The notes under the pieces: generated by a model | The model's input: only the letters and a program-made list of their open reading frames with translations | Told to the model about the DNA's origin: nothing | Database searches by the model: none | Part shown: positions 49,106 through 60,506 of the stretch, in pieces | How positions within the stretch are numbered: position 1 is the stretch's first letter | How the letters are laid out: each line of letters begins with the position of its first letter | Origin: Moniliella sp. 'wahieum' | Lineage: Eukaryota | NCBI GenBank assembly: GCA_003971905.1 | Contig: RSEE01000103.1 | Location: 124,001 to 188,000 of the forward strand | Length of the DNA stretch: 64,000 nucleotides | Direction of reading: 5' to 3' | Program-made: the position numbers and the translations under genes

Positions 49106-51977
49106 ATGGCCTCCCCCGCCACCTCTCGGCCACGGAAGGCAAACGTCCTCCGCTCATGGTCCTCCGCGCCCGGTTTGGCTACGCCGCCCGCTCCCCAATC
49201 GAGGCGAGCGTGCACGCAGGCGACTTTTTCCACGTGCTCACCCCCCCCAGTCACCCGGCTTGGTACAATATCTGCAACCCCATTACGGGCGCACAAGGCC
49301 TCGCCCCCACCTACCTCTTCCATGTCCTCTCCCGTACAGCGGCATCCACACCACCCTCCTCCCCTCCCGGTGATTCGCCCTCGTCTCGGACGCAACCGTC
49401 GATGGGTCATACCAGAGGAACGTCGCCCCGCACCCCTTCTTCCAGTGGGGGCGAATCCTGGGCGTCGCTGCCACCGGCCCCACCGGCCCCACCAGCCCCA
49501 CCAGCCCCATGGGGTATGCAGGTACCAGATTCGACAGAGTCAGTTGCCTTGTTGGTGGGCCAAGCATTGTACGATTTTACCCCCCGGCGCCGGACCAGCT
49601 ACGTGTGACGCACGGAACGAGGGTGAGAGTGTGTGCGCACCTTGGTGGGGAGTGGTTATGGGTTGTGCCACTGGGGCAACAGGAGACCGAATCTAATCAG
49701 GGCTTGGTGCCCACTTCGTGTGTTGCGTTGCTGGATCGGCGTATGGGCCAGCCGCTTGGCGAGAAGCCGACGGACTTGGTTGCGTTGGGCATTCTCCCGT
49801 CTCTCGAGGAGTGGAAGAAACGTCATGGGTTGAGCCTTTCAGCACAGAACAGGACCTTGTCTCCCTCTTTGGTCATCCCACCCGAAGAGACCAACCCATC
49901 TTCTTCCCGCTTCTCGATAGCCTCGATCGAACCGCCTTCTTCGGATTCGTTTGCGTTTGGCACGTCACCGTGGCAAATGCCACCTTCTATGGTCGACTCG
50001 CACCACCCGCCTCTCCTCGTCCTCAAACGCGGTGGACAAAGTCGAAAAGCGCGACGATGACGCATACGGGCAAACAACCTTCCCTCTCCCACCACCTCAA
50101 GCCCAAACGCACCGCAACCCCAACGGCCAAAGGCAAATCTGCCAACACGTCCCTCTCTTCCCAGCCCACAATTTCGCCCCCCTTAACCAACCCATCTCTC
50201 TCCCATAACCCAACGGGCTCATCGGTGATTCGGATTGGGTCAGCGCCCACACCTCCTAAGCAGAAGGACCTCTCCTCCTCGGGGACTGGAACCGAAACCG
50301 AACCCAGAACCGGACCAAATCACCTCCCTACCCATCCCCCTCTTGGGACCAACCTGGCCATTCCCCCCTTGTGTCCCATCGCCATCACCATCGTCATCGT
50401 CATCGTACCCCACCACCCCGGCGTTCCCCCACCCTGTGCCTTCCTCCACCCCTCGTCTGCTTCCCCTCGTAGCCACCACATCCTCTACGCGCCGGGTCGA
50501 GTATGCCGCGCCAGTCTCGGCAGCCCAACCTGCCCTGTCAACCACCTTGCCGCCCCATAAGGCCTACCCATCACCTCAATCCGATCCCGCCCCGCCTCGT
50601 GCCGGAGAAAAGTGGGAGTGGGACGACTGTCCGCTCTTGCCCGAGGGAAGGCCGAGCGAGGCGTGCGTGGAGACAGTGCACGCTGGCGAAGGAGAATACT
50701 GGTACCGTATCCGGGTGCGGTGGTCGTGCGTGGCGCAGCAAGAACCCGATTGGGAATTGGAGTTGTATCGTCTATACGAGGACTATGGCAGGGTGCACGC
50801 TGCCCTGCACAGTCGCCTGGAGAGTAAGATGGGGTTGGGGTTGGATGTGCCCGGCGACAGTTGGTATCGTCTGTTGCCGCGGTTACCTCCGTTGTACTGT
50901 CACCCTCCTCTGTCGTCCCCTCGGGCTGAAGATGTTCGGGCACTTCGATTGCCGTTGGACGTCTATACGCGTGCATTGGTCCAATTGCCCTCGAGTTTGT
51001 TCCCCCGGGACCTGGTCCGTTCGTTCTTTTGTCCGCAACCGGGTGACAGGGGATACGTCGTGCTGCGCCCCTCCAGCCCTTGCCCACAAGAGATGAGACA
51101 GAAGAGCAGCCGACCCCGACTCCGATGGCGATCCCATCCCATCCGAAGAAGGTAGGACGAAGAGGTCTCGAGCCCGACATGGTGCGGACGACAACAACAG
51201 TCAGCTCACTTCCAAGCGGCCCGGATGGCCTCCTAGAAGAGAAAGCAAACAGTGGCCAAAGCAGCGGCGATGAGATGGAAAGCAGAGAGGAGGAGGAAGT
51301 TGTGGAGGTGGGGGAAGAGGAAGAGGAAAAGGAGAGGAAGAGGAAGGAGACGAAGACGAAGACGAACGATGGGCGTCGTTGTCCTCCGATCAAGTGATCC
51401 ATTTCTCATCCTCCACCATCTTGCCCATCGTGACACGGAATGTGACGGAAGATCTAACGGAAGAGGTGGATTGGATGGGCGTATCCACTACCCACGGATA
51501 CGCGGGCCACCAGGATGAGAAGCGAGCAAAAGACAAAGAACACACCAAAACGCTACCACTGCGCTTGCCCAGTCCTCCCCTCCCCGTCGCTGCTACACAC
51601 TCGCCCTCACGCGACCCCTCTTTGGGCGAGCGTCCTTCGGGTGGGTGGACCAAGATCAAAGTGTTCCACTCGGCCACGGACGAATTGGTCGCGATCCGTC
51701 TGGATGCAAGGACAGTAAGCTTTGGAGAATTGCTGGGCAAAGTACGAGAACGTCTGGGGGAGCAAGTGGAAGTGTTGCGGTATGCCGAATCGCTAGATGC
51801 GGCCGACACGGAAGCTGCCGCTGCGGCTAGTCTGGCCGAGGCGGTGGAGGGCGGGAAGAGGGTGGCGCATCCGCGTACGGGGCGGATCGTGATGGCTCGT
51901 TTGTGGATGATGAGGATGTGCATGATTGGCTTGCGCAGAGCACCGACCGTCCTACCCTCTTTGCTGCGGCGCAGTAA
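49106..51977 (+). CDS. BEM1: Bem1/Scd2-type polarity scaffold (SH3-SH3-PX-PB1), divergent
   Basis: SH3a GDFFHV..WYNICNPITGAQGLAP. SH3b ALYDF..CAHLGGEWLWVVPLG..GLVPTSCV, then LPSLEEWKKR. PX EYWYRIRV..LYRLYEDY..LLPRLP..LDVYTRALVQLP. PB1 TKIKVFHSATDELVAIRL..LLGKVRERLG. Confidence 0.85.
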
Positions 51978-53699
51978 TTTGGTTTAGTGCCCCTTTTGGG
52001 GGTAATCATGCACGAGTTTACTACTTCTTTTGCGATGGTGGTTTGCTTGACCATTGATGTGAATAACAAAGGTAGTGCCAACCGATGTGGGCTGGGCAAC
52101 ATACGTAGCTGCCCGTAGTCAGATCCTGCTTGCTACCCAACAAGTAAATGTGCTCCTGTTGGAACCTAGAGTGGACCTGTGCGCTTCCCAAAGAACGATC
52201 CTGCAATCGGTAAGGAGATGGTTTGGCTTTTAATGGCCCGAGCTCTCTCGGCGATGGTGTTGTGGCGCAGCATAGAGCGTTGCTGTGTGCTAGGGTTCTA
52301 CAAGTCCCACAGGGGTTGTTGTAGGCCCTTTTTTCCATTGTTGTCGCCACATCGCCACCACCACCCATTTCCTACTTCCACACCGCCAACCGCCCCATAC
52401 ACCATCCACCTCTCGGGCCTTGTATACCCTTTTCTATACCCCCCAAAAGGTGTGACGCCATCCCGACCCTGTGTTCTCTCTTCCACGTTCAAGCGTTGGC
52501 CCAAATAAGCAGCGTTGGCTAACACTCTTCAAGAAACGCCTCGCGCAGCCCCGTCCCAGTCCGCTTGACTCCTTCTTGCCATTATTGCGGGTAACATCTC
52601 TTGTTGCGTGCAACAACAGAAACTATTACTGGCTGCAAAACTACTTTGCCTCCACTTCCATCTTTTGGAGTTTTTGTTTTGTTTTTGCTTCCCCGGCCCG
52701 TCCACTTTCCCGGTCATCTCCCCTCCCCTCCCCTCCCCTTCCCTCTTCCATCTCTTCCCCCCTCATTCGCAAAATGCGCCGAAGTCACGATTTGCACGAC
52801 CAGTCCATCATCTTTGTGCGCTCCCTGACGCTGGTGTACTGTTCCTTGAGCCTGCTGTACTTTTGGTCCCCAGGATCTGACGGACTGCAGCACATGCTCA
52901 CCACGGGCGCCTGCAATGGGATGAACGTTGCAAGGGCCATCACAGGTTCTTGACATGTTCTGTTGCCACCCGCACCCTCTTTCTTTTACTAGATACGTTA
53001 TTCACCTCGTGTGCATATCTATCCACACCACGGTTTTCTCGCCCTCTATACCTTCTGTGCCCCCCTTAACGCCCACCTCCTCCTCTATCCAGCCGAGCCT
53101 GTCACATGGGGTGGCCGTGCTGATGGTACAGGCAAAAAGCTGTGATTTGTCGCCCCCCCCCTTTATTGAGGGCCTTGGTTGTGAACATTTTCTCCCCTTT
53201 TTCGTGCTGCATGTGATACTTTTTCTGGCATTCCCTTGCGCTCGCAATCCCCAGTATATTATACCCCTGTCAAAACCCCTCTCACGTTACAAAAGGAAGT
53301 AGCAAACGACTCTTATGTTACTTTCTCACCGTACAACCTCTTTTCGCTTGTGGTTGTACAGAGCAAAAGAGCGGTATCCTCTAGAAACGGTGACTGTATG
53401 ATGATGGTGTTGATGGTCCAGCCGGCGCTCATCGAGTTCATCATCCCTTGGCAGCGTTTTGTGGTATGTCAGAACCTGTTCCCCACCCGCGCCCCAGCCT
53501 TCCGTCTGCGGTGGGCAGTTACCAACTTTTTTGTTCCTTCGTTTGGCCAACAGCGTCAGAGTTTCCTCACTTCTACCTTTTTTCGATGGACCAAAGAGAT
53601 TCCTCTCGTGTGTGATACGTTTTCAGCACATGAACAACGTGTATATATTGACGGAGAAGGGACACTGGCATGAGGATGATGCAGATGATGGGATGCACG

Positions 53700-54290
53700 A
53701 TCGAAGCTACTACGATAAGACATTAGAATGGAGGTTAGAGGTAGAGAGATCAGACAGCGCGTATGTCGGTATAGATTGTAGGGAAGAGAAGAAAATCCTT
53801 GGTGGTAGATCCGAGCCAGCGTGCGATGCATAAGGGCGGCTCGATGAGGCTACTTACTGGTCCAGTGAGCCTATAGTGAGCGTAACCTCTCTGCAGCCTG
53901 ACAAAAAGGAAATCAACAGTTGCCCGAGTTCAAAAGTCAATGAGTACCATGACTACTACATGAGCCATGGAGTCCACCGCAATGCGCTGGCACCTAGCCA
54001 ACCCGCTCTCATTGATCAATGCGATTAACCGAAAGGTCGCGAAGGGTAGGCGTACCGATCGATGACAGGCTGCGATCAAGTATCAAACCGAGCCGATCTA
54101 CTGTAGGATATCCACAAAAGGCCTCCAGGGCATCGAGACCACATTCGCAGGCCTCCATGTGGGTTTCATCTTCCGACCGCTACCTGCTACACTTTCGCAC
54201 TCCACACCCCGTGCATCCCTTGAGACCATTTTCTGGGTGCACTTGGCTTATTTGGAAGCTGTCTGGCCGAATGTTGGTGTGGAGTACTCG
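53700..54290 (-). mobile_element. Highly degenerate CRE-like RT domain 6-7/thumb fragment
   Basis: QL.N.AKC (~LxLNxxKC), GLDALEAFCG..DR (~GxxLLGxxIG...R), TLRDLS (~LxxLP), CLISLPL..ILMSY. The same LISLPL occurs in the 39.6-kb relic. Confidence 0.4.
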
Positions 54291-54380
54291 CCTTAATATT
54301 CACCACGGAACATGACCGACATAACCGTGATGCAAACAGCAAAAGGTAGTTGAAGAAGTTTTCCATGAGAGGGGAGGATG

Positions 54381-56544
54381 TCACTTCTTGTGCTGCTCCT
54401 CCTTCCACGCCGACTTGGCTGCGGCGACCGCCACGCGCTTAGCAGCGCCCTTGGAATGACGTCCTTGGAGCCAAGCTTCGCCGTGAGCCTTGAGACCTTG
54501 CGAAGCGGCGCGAGCAAAGGATCCCACGTAGGGTGTACCCTCAAGCTGTTCCAATCCACGCGACGCCGAGGTGGACGCACGCGCTACCCACGACGCTCGT
54601 TCGTGTCCGCTCAGCTCTTCCATATTCTGGATCGGCAAGACTTTCCCTTGTGACGGATGGGGAGCGAGAGGCGTCTGAGCGTTGGGGAGGGCAGACTCGA
54701 TGTCGGCGGAAGATTGTGTGTTCGGGTTGGATTGCGAATGCGCGGAAGACTCGGCGTTTGGCGACGCCTTGCCTTTGGCAGGGGACAACAAAGCCTGCGA
54801 CTGTGCTCCCGGCGGCGAAAGGGGAGGCGCTGCGTCCTTTTCGCGAGGTGGGAGAGGCGGTGCCTCCTGGTCTGGAGCCAAGATCAGTTGTTCTACCGCT
54901 TTATCCAACGAGCCCCCGTTCTGATGAAGCGCGTGCTGGGCCACCTCGTAGCTGAACCCCATCTCTAACAGTTTTTCCAGGGGCGTGGGTTCCTGGTACA
55001 GGCTGGGCGGGAGGTCGGACGACGCATACGCTTCTCCATACGCGCGCTCGTCCGACTCGGTGTGGGACTGGCTCGGAGCGCGCAATCGGGACGTCAAGGG
55101 CGCATAGCCATGAGCAGGATGGTGGGGGAACCTGCTGCCTTTTCCTTCTCGGACGACAATGTTACCGATTCCGGTTCCTGCGAAAGTAGGTGGGTATAGT
55201 CTTCCCATTCTCCACTTGCTTGGGCCGCATGGGCATCCCGTACCGACGCAGCCAAAATTTCCGCTGGAATCTCATCCTCGCTATCGAGTGGAGTGACTGG
55301 ACTGCGTCAACGGGAGGACTGTCAGGTGCCCGTGCATGTGCAGATCCTCCCGTTTGCGGATTGGCGCTGCTTTCACCCTCGTCCTCGTCCGTGTGCTTTT
55401 GTCCGCGCTTTTGCCTTGGCTCTTGGCCTTGGTTTTGTCCTTTGGGTGGTGAGCTTGGTGTTCCTTCCACCGCGCCTCTGCCTGCGCCTGTAGGTAGGTC
55501 TTCCATTCTTCCAATACGCCAGCAGCAGAGGAGGTGGCTTCAGCCACGCGTGCGTGCCAAGGCTCGGACTTGCCCTCCTGGCCAGAGGAGATGTAGGTGT
55601 GCTTGTCGCCTGATGGTAATTCCGCAGTCTCCTCGGTAGGCGCATTTTTCTGCGACGCACCGAGAGGGGGCGGACAGAGTAGACCCTCGACGGGAGCCTC
55701 CAACTTGGTCTTCTCGAGAGGAGGCCCTTGGGGTTGGCCCTGCTGCGCCTCACTCTCTTCCACAGGTGGTGCCTCGTTGCCCTGGGCTACCGTCTTGCCC
55801 TCCTCGTCCACAACCCGGAAGGGCTCAAACGTATCGGTTTCAATCACCAGGTAGCCATCCACCTCGGCGGCCCGTGGCCCTCCCACAATGTGCAGCGTCC
55901 GGTCCCGGTTGGTGAACCAGCCATACGACTTGAGCACCGACCTTCCAGCAGGCCCTTGAGTGCACGCGCGGTTACTTTTTCGGCATAGTTTTTCCCCTCG
56001 TGGCCATGTGGGTGCGCTGGGTCGGTGGGACCACCCTGGGCGTCTTTGGCTTGCTGGGCGCTTGGCATGGTGGCGGCGGAAGCGAGTGGGGGGGCCGCCT
56101 CCTTGGCCGCAGCTGCTCCGCCGCCAATCCCGATCACCTGCCCGATCTGGACGACCGCTGGCCCTTTTTGGCATACTTGTACAGTCGCCGCAGGGTGGGC
56201 ACGGTGGCCACTGCAGGCACTGATGGCGGCGGCGGTCGCAGCAGCGGAACCGGCGGCAACAGCGGTGCCTGCGAGGTAGATGGCGCCGACGCCGAGGCTG
56301 AGGCCGACGAGCGACAGCCCGACATCGGCACATACGTGTCCCAGAGCGAGTAGGCATTGTCGCTCTCTGCGCCCTCGCGGGGCACGCGGGCAATGCGCGC
56401 CTCGACGGTGAAAAAGACCTTGCCGGGGTGGAAGGGGCGCAGGCGCCGGGGGGCAGGTTTGTTGGAGTAGTAGAGCGGGCTGACCTGCTTGAGCGCGACG
56501 TGCAGCGGGAGGAGCGTGTCGTTGACGAGGGTAATGCACGGCAT
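54381..56544 (-). CDS. Hypothetical protein: N-terminal beta-rich region, hydrophobic Ala/Gly segment, C-terminal UBA domain
   Basis: MPCITLVNDTLLPLHVALKQVSPLYY..PGKVFFTVEARI, GLSLVGLSLGVGAIYLAGTAVAAG, LKSYGWFTNRDRTLHIVGGP, UBA LEKLLEMGFSYEVAQHALHQNGGSLDKAVEQL. Joined across frameshifts. Confidence 0.65.
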
Positions 56545-56604
56545 GGCGGTCCGATCGGGCGAGACGCAGGGCCGGGTACAGCGGTGGTGGGGGTGGGCAA
56601 CGAC

Positions 56605-56676
56605 GGCGGATGGGCGGATGGGCGGATGGGCGGATGGGCGGATGGGCGGATGGGCGGATGGGCGGATGGGCGGATG
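56605..56676. repeat. Perfect 8-bp tandem repeat (GGCGGATG)x9
   Basis: Counted directly; lies in the divergent promoter/5' leader between the UBA gene and the FMP25-like gene. Confidence 0.95.
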
Positions 56677-57101
56677 GGGCTGGGAGGATCCGTCGACGGT
56701 GGCGGTGCAGTGCCGCAGCATGCACGTCAGGGGGGTGGTGCGTGATAGCTAGTGATGGGCGGCCAACCAGTGATCCTCGAAGCTGTGCAAGCAACAGCAA
56801 CATAGGCAAGCGAAGGCGCCACGGCCATGTCCCGCCGCCGCGCCCGGCTGCTGGGCAGCCCACACGCTGTCGCGGAGCCCAGCACGCGTCCAGACGCGCG
56901 CAGGCGATGCTGCTGCGGCTGCTCCCGGCGGCGGCGGCGCCCAGGAGAAGGACCATCGTGCCGTGCTGGGCGCTGGCGGTGCGGTCATCAAGCGAGTGCA
57001 TCACGTGAGCACTTGTTGGCTGCTCTCGCTTCCCGCGGGCAGCGCTGCGTCTCGACGGGTCGCTCGTGCCGCCGCCCGCCGCGAACATCCCCGCCGCCCA
57101 A

Positions 57102-59531
57102 ATGCTCTCGCGCGCCTCCCACGCGCCACCCGCACGCCCCGCCGGCTGCTCCACACACGCCCACCCCCTCCTCCGCCCAGCACGCCCACCGCCAGCCGCG
57201 CGGCCACCGCAGCCACCACCGCCGTCGCTGGAGCCCTTGTCGCGTATGGCCTCTATGCATGCACCGCCCCGACCCCCCCCTCCACCTCCACCTCGATGCA
57301 CCCGTCGCACCCCTTCCCACCCGCCGCCTCTCCAAGTCTGCCCGTAAGGACGAAGAGACAATTGCCGCCAGCGCGCCTGCGCCCCAATCGGCCGAGGACG
57401 CGCTATCGGTCTACGCCTGGGGCGCCAACACCTACCGTGTCGTTGGCCCGACCTGGATGACCAGCGCCCTGTCCGCATTCCCCGCCCATCCTGCCTTTGA
57501 GGCGTCGCCTTGCGTGACTTGTGGATGGGTGAGACCCACGCTGCGGCCATTGATGCCAACGGCGACCTACTCCAGTGGGGGCTGGGCTTCTTTTGCCCCG
57601 ACAGCCGCCTGGATCGTACCTGTGTCCCGCCATCCACCGAGCCGCTCACTCCAATCAAAACGCTGAGTGGAAAAAAGTTGCGCAAGGTCGTCGGCACCGA
57701 GGGCAAGCTGTACGCCCTGGCCGATTCAGGACAAGTGTGGGTCATTGCTGCTTCTCGGTCCCCGGAAGTGATCCCAGGCCAGCGCCACTGGTCCACCCTC
57801 GGCCTCATCCTCTGCACCTGCTCAGGTTGCGCATGTCTCTATGCAAGCGTCCCTAGCCGCGGGGAGCGGTTTGCCGACCTGGTCACGGGCAAGGACCATG
57901 TCCTAGCACTGACCAACCATGGCCGTGTTCTGGCCGCACCGAGCAACTCCAAGGGCAACGAGTCGGGCCAACTTGCGCTGCGTCGTGTGGTGGTATCGGA
58001 GCGTTACGCTACCGCCCTGCGCCCGGCCCCGATCCCAACGAGGATCCAGGTGCGCCCAGTGGGCGATCTGGACTGGCATGAGCCATTGTCGCCACCGCCC
58101 GAGGGGCCACCCTTACCTGAGGGCAAGGCCTACCGTGCCTTTGAACCCAAGATGTTTGCGTTGGAAACCTACCTCGAGCGGGAAATAATCTTACGCTAGC
58201 GAATTTGCTTCCTCTGTGGGCTCAGACACCCGAGCAGCGTGCCTCGGGAACCGGGTGATCAAGCCCAGTGCCTCGACCCACCCAGCTGCGGGAATTGATA
58301 GGACGAACAGAAGAGGATCGTCGGGTCCAAAAGGAGCGCAAGGCCGCACGTGCCGTGGCATTGCGTGAGGCGACAAAGAATATGTGGCCTCTTCCCTGGA
58401 CGTGTGCTTCTGTACCGATCTGGAAGAAATTCCTTCTCTTCGAGGCGTACGGATTCAGGCGATTGCAGCTGGCGAGGCTCACTCGGTAGCCTTGACAGAT
58501 ATGGGAAACGCGGTTGCGTGGGGCTGCAACACCCTAGGCCAGTGCGGTTTCCTTTCTGGCATTTCCTCCCGCCCTGCCACGTCGAGCGGATACGCAGGCT
58601 TGACCCAACGCCACGTCCATACCGTAGAGGCAGTCTCGAGCAACGGTGGCGAGACGGATGTCGTGGTCTCCTCGAGCGAGTGTGTGCCTGTTCCAACACA
58701 GGTCAACTTGGCTCGCCTTGTGGCCGATGGGACCAATGTTCGCTGCAAGGCCATCCGCGCAGGGGGCATGAACACCCTATTTTACTTACTTCCTCCAAAC
58801 AGGTCAAGACGGGCGGTGCAAGTCAACCGAGCTGGGCAGAGGTTGAGGAGGTGTATGCCGCGGGCAAGGGTCAATCTGGGACACTAGGGAACGGGTCTTT
58901 CTTGTTGTCCACATCCTCGCCCCAGCGGGTCAAGGGCATCTCGGGCCGACAAGAGTTGTTGGCAGGGCAGCAAAAGGTTGTGCCGATTCCCATTTCCAAT
59001 TTGAGTGTGGGTCCCGACGGGCATGCAGTGGCGGCCATGTTGGCGTTTGGGTACCGGGACGTGATGATGTGGGGATCGAACCAATCGTACCAGCTCGGGG
59101 ACGGGCGACGATCGAACAGTGCCATACCGCATTATGTGGCGCCTCTGGCGTCGCTTGCGTACCTGCGCAACCCCCTTTCCCACGTCGAGGACGACATGGA
59201 TGATTCTCCGATGGGTCCAGGGGATATGTCGATTTTGCGTCCGACAACAAGTTACCGACCCCGAGCTGCTCAAGTTGGTCTCCCAAACGCCCTTGGAGAA
59301 GTATCGATACCGTGTGAACCAAGCCAACTCCACACGCAAGGCACCTTAGCTGGCCAGTCGTCCGCCGTGCCCCCCAATGAGGCCGAACGCCTTCAACTTG
59401 CCCCTCTCGCCAAGCTTCGGACACGGGTCCCGGGCCTCGATGGCGCGGGTAGGTCGTCCGAGAAAACGGTCCGAGCGACCCAAGAGTTTTGACGGGAGTG
59501 CAGTCGTCTGCTATTTTGGCGGGTGCAGTAA
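57102..59531 (+). CDS. RCC1-repeat mitochondrial protein, Fmp25-like
   Basis: Presequence-like MLSRAS.., VYAWGANTY, GETHAAAIDANGDLLQWG, GKDHVLALTNHGRV, IAAGEAHSVALTDMGNAVAWGCNTLGQCG, AAGKGQSGTLGNG, DVMMWGSNQSYQLGDGRRSN, RLQLAP. Confidence 0.8.
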
Positions 59532-59991
59532 AGCTTAAGGTCTTCCCGTCTGTTATGAGCGTGCGGACTCTGTTGATTCCATGGAGTCGTCAGCAGCTTC
59601 AACTGTGTTGCGCTAATCGGCCTTTGGGATTTCTATAATTCACTTCTCTTTGTCAACCTTGAATCTCATCATGATCAGTTGCATTACTCTTATGCCATCA
59701 ATGGGGGGCTCGACTTCGCACAACAGACACTCCCAACACGGGCCTTCCTGAAGTAACCACAGCCCTGAGGGATTAACGTCTGGAGCCCGTATGAATGAGA
59801 TGCGTATATCATAGACCAGAACAAGTGCTCTGAGCCTGGCGCCAAAGACAAAAGACCAAGGCTTACCGTATAACGGGCGCGGTAGTACATTCAACGTTAT
59901 ACGGGCCAAGGCAGCAGAGTACCACACATAGCGTCTACGTCCATGACGCTTCACGCTTTACAACATGTAGGGTCGCGCGGCGGCCATTCAA

Positions 59992-60073
59992 GCTTCTATC
60001 TTCCAGTGGTTAGGAAGTGGGATTTTGACAAGGTCGACTTCCCGAAACCTGGGTTCGAATCCCAGTAGGAGCT
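59992..60073 (+). tRNA. tRNA-Gln(UUG) with a ~10-nt intron
   Basis: GCTTCTA/TAGGAGC acceptor, TTCC-AGTGGTTA-GGAA D-arm, TGGGA-TT-TTG-A..TCCCG, CTGGG-TTCGAAT-CCCAG, TTTTTT downstream. Confidence 0.9.
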
Positions 60074-60506
60074 CATGGCACTTTTTTGGCAGCCAATGTC
60101 CCTACAAAGAGGCAATCAAGGTGCTCGCCTAACGCCAACATAGCTTCAGCCCGTGGCTGGCGTAGCTATAGTACTAGCCATCCTCGGTGAAATTTGAGAA
60201 GAGCACATCGCAAATTCAAAAGGGGCGCCACATTTCCCAGGCGCCTTGGCGTATATATTGTTGCGGCGCAGTAGTAGAGAGCCATACTCAGGGTGCATAG
60301 TAAACCGATCATATATTCATGCCCCTACACAGCTTTCGTTTCGACCACGGACGTGCCGTGCAGATGGCGCAGGCGCCCGGCAATCGATCGTTTCCTATCT
60401 TATACCACCACCATTTCCCTTCCCTCCGCCCTTGAAATCCCAGCACCCCGCCCACCGTCTCAAGAACTCTCTCTTCTCTCTCCTCAGGCGCCATCTTCTT
60501 TCTCAT

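Noticed and set aside
56605..56676. (GGCGGATG)9 and other tandem repeats as a CRISPR array or telomere
   Set aside because: No spacers or cas genes, eukaryotic context, not TTAGGG-like, and internal position.
55844..57817. 657-aa minus-strand ORF and other long overlapping ORFs (e.g. 2221-3321, 9672-10706, 50485-51402)
   Set aside because: Arg/Pro/Gly-rich shadow frames of GC-rich genes and repeats; only short parts coincide with real frames after frameshifts.
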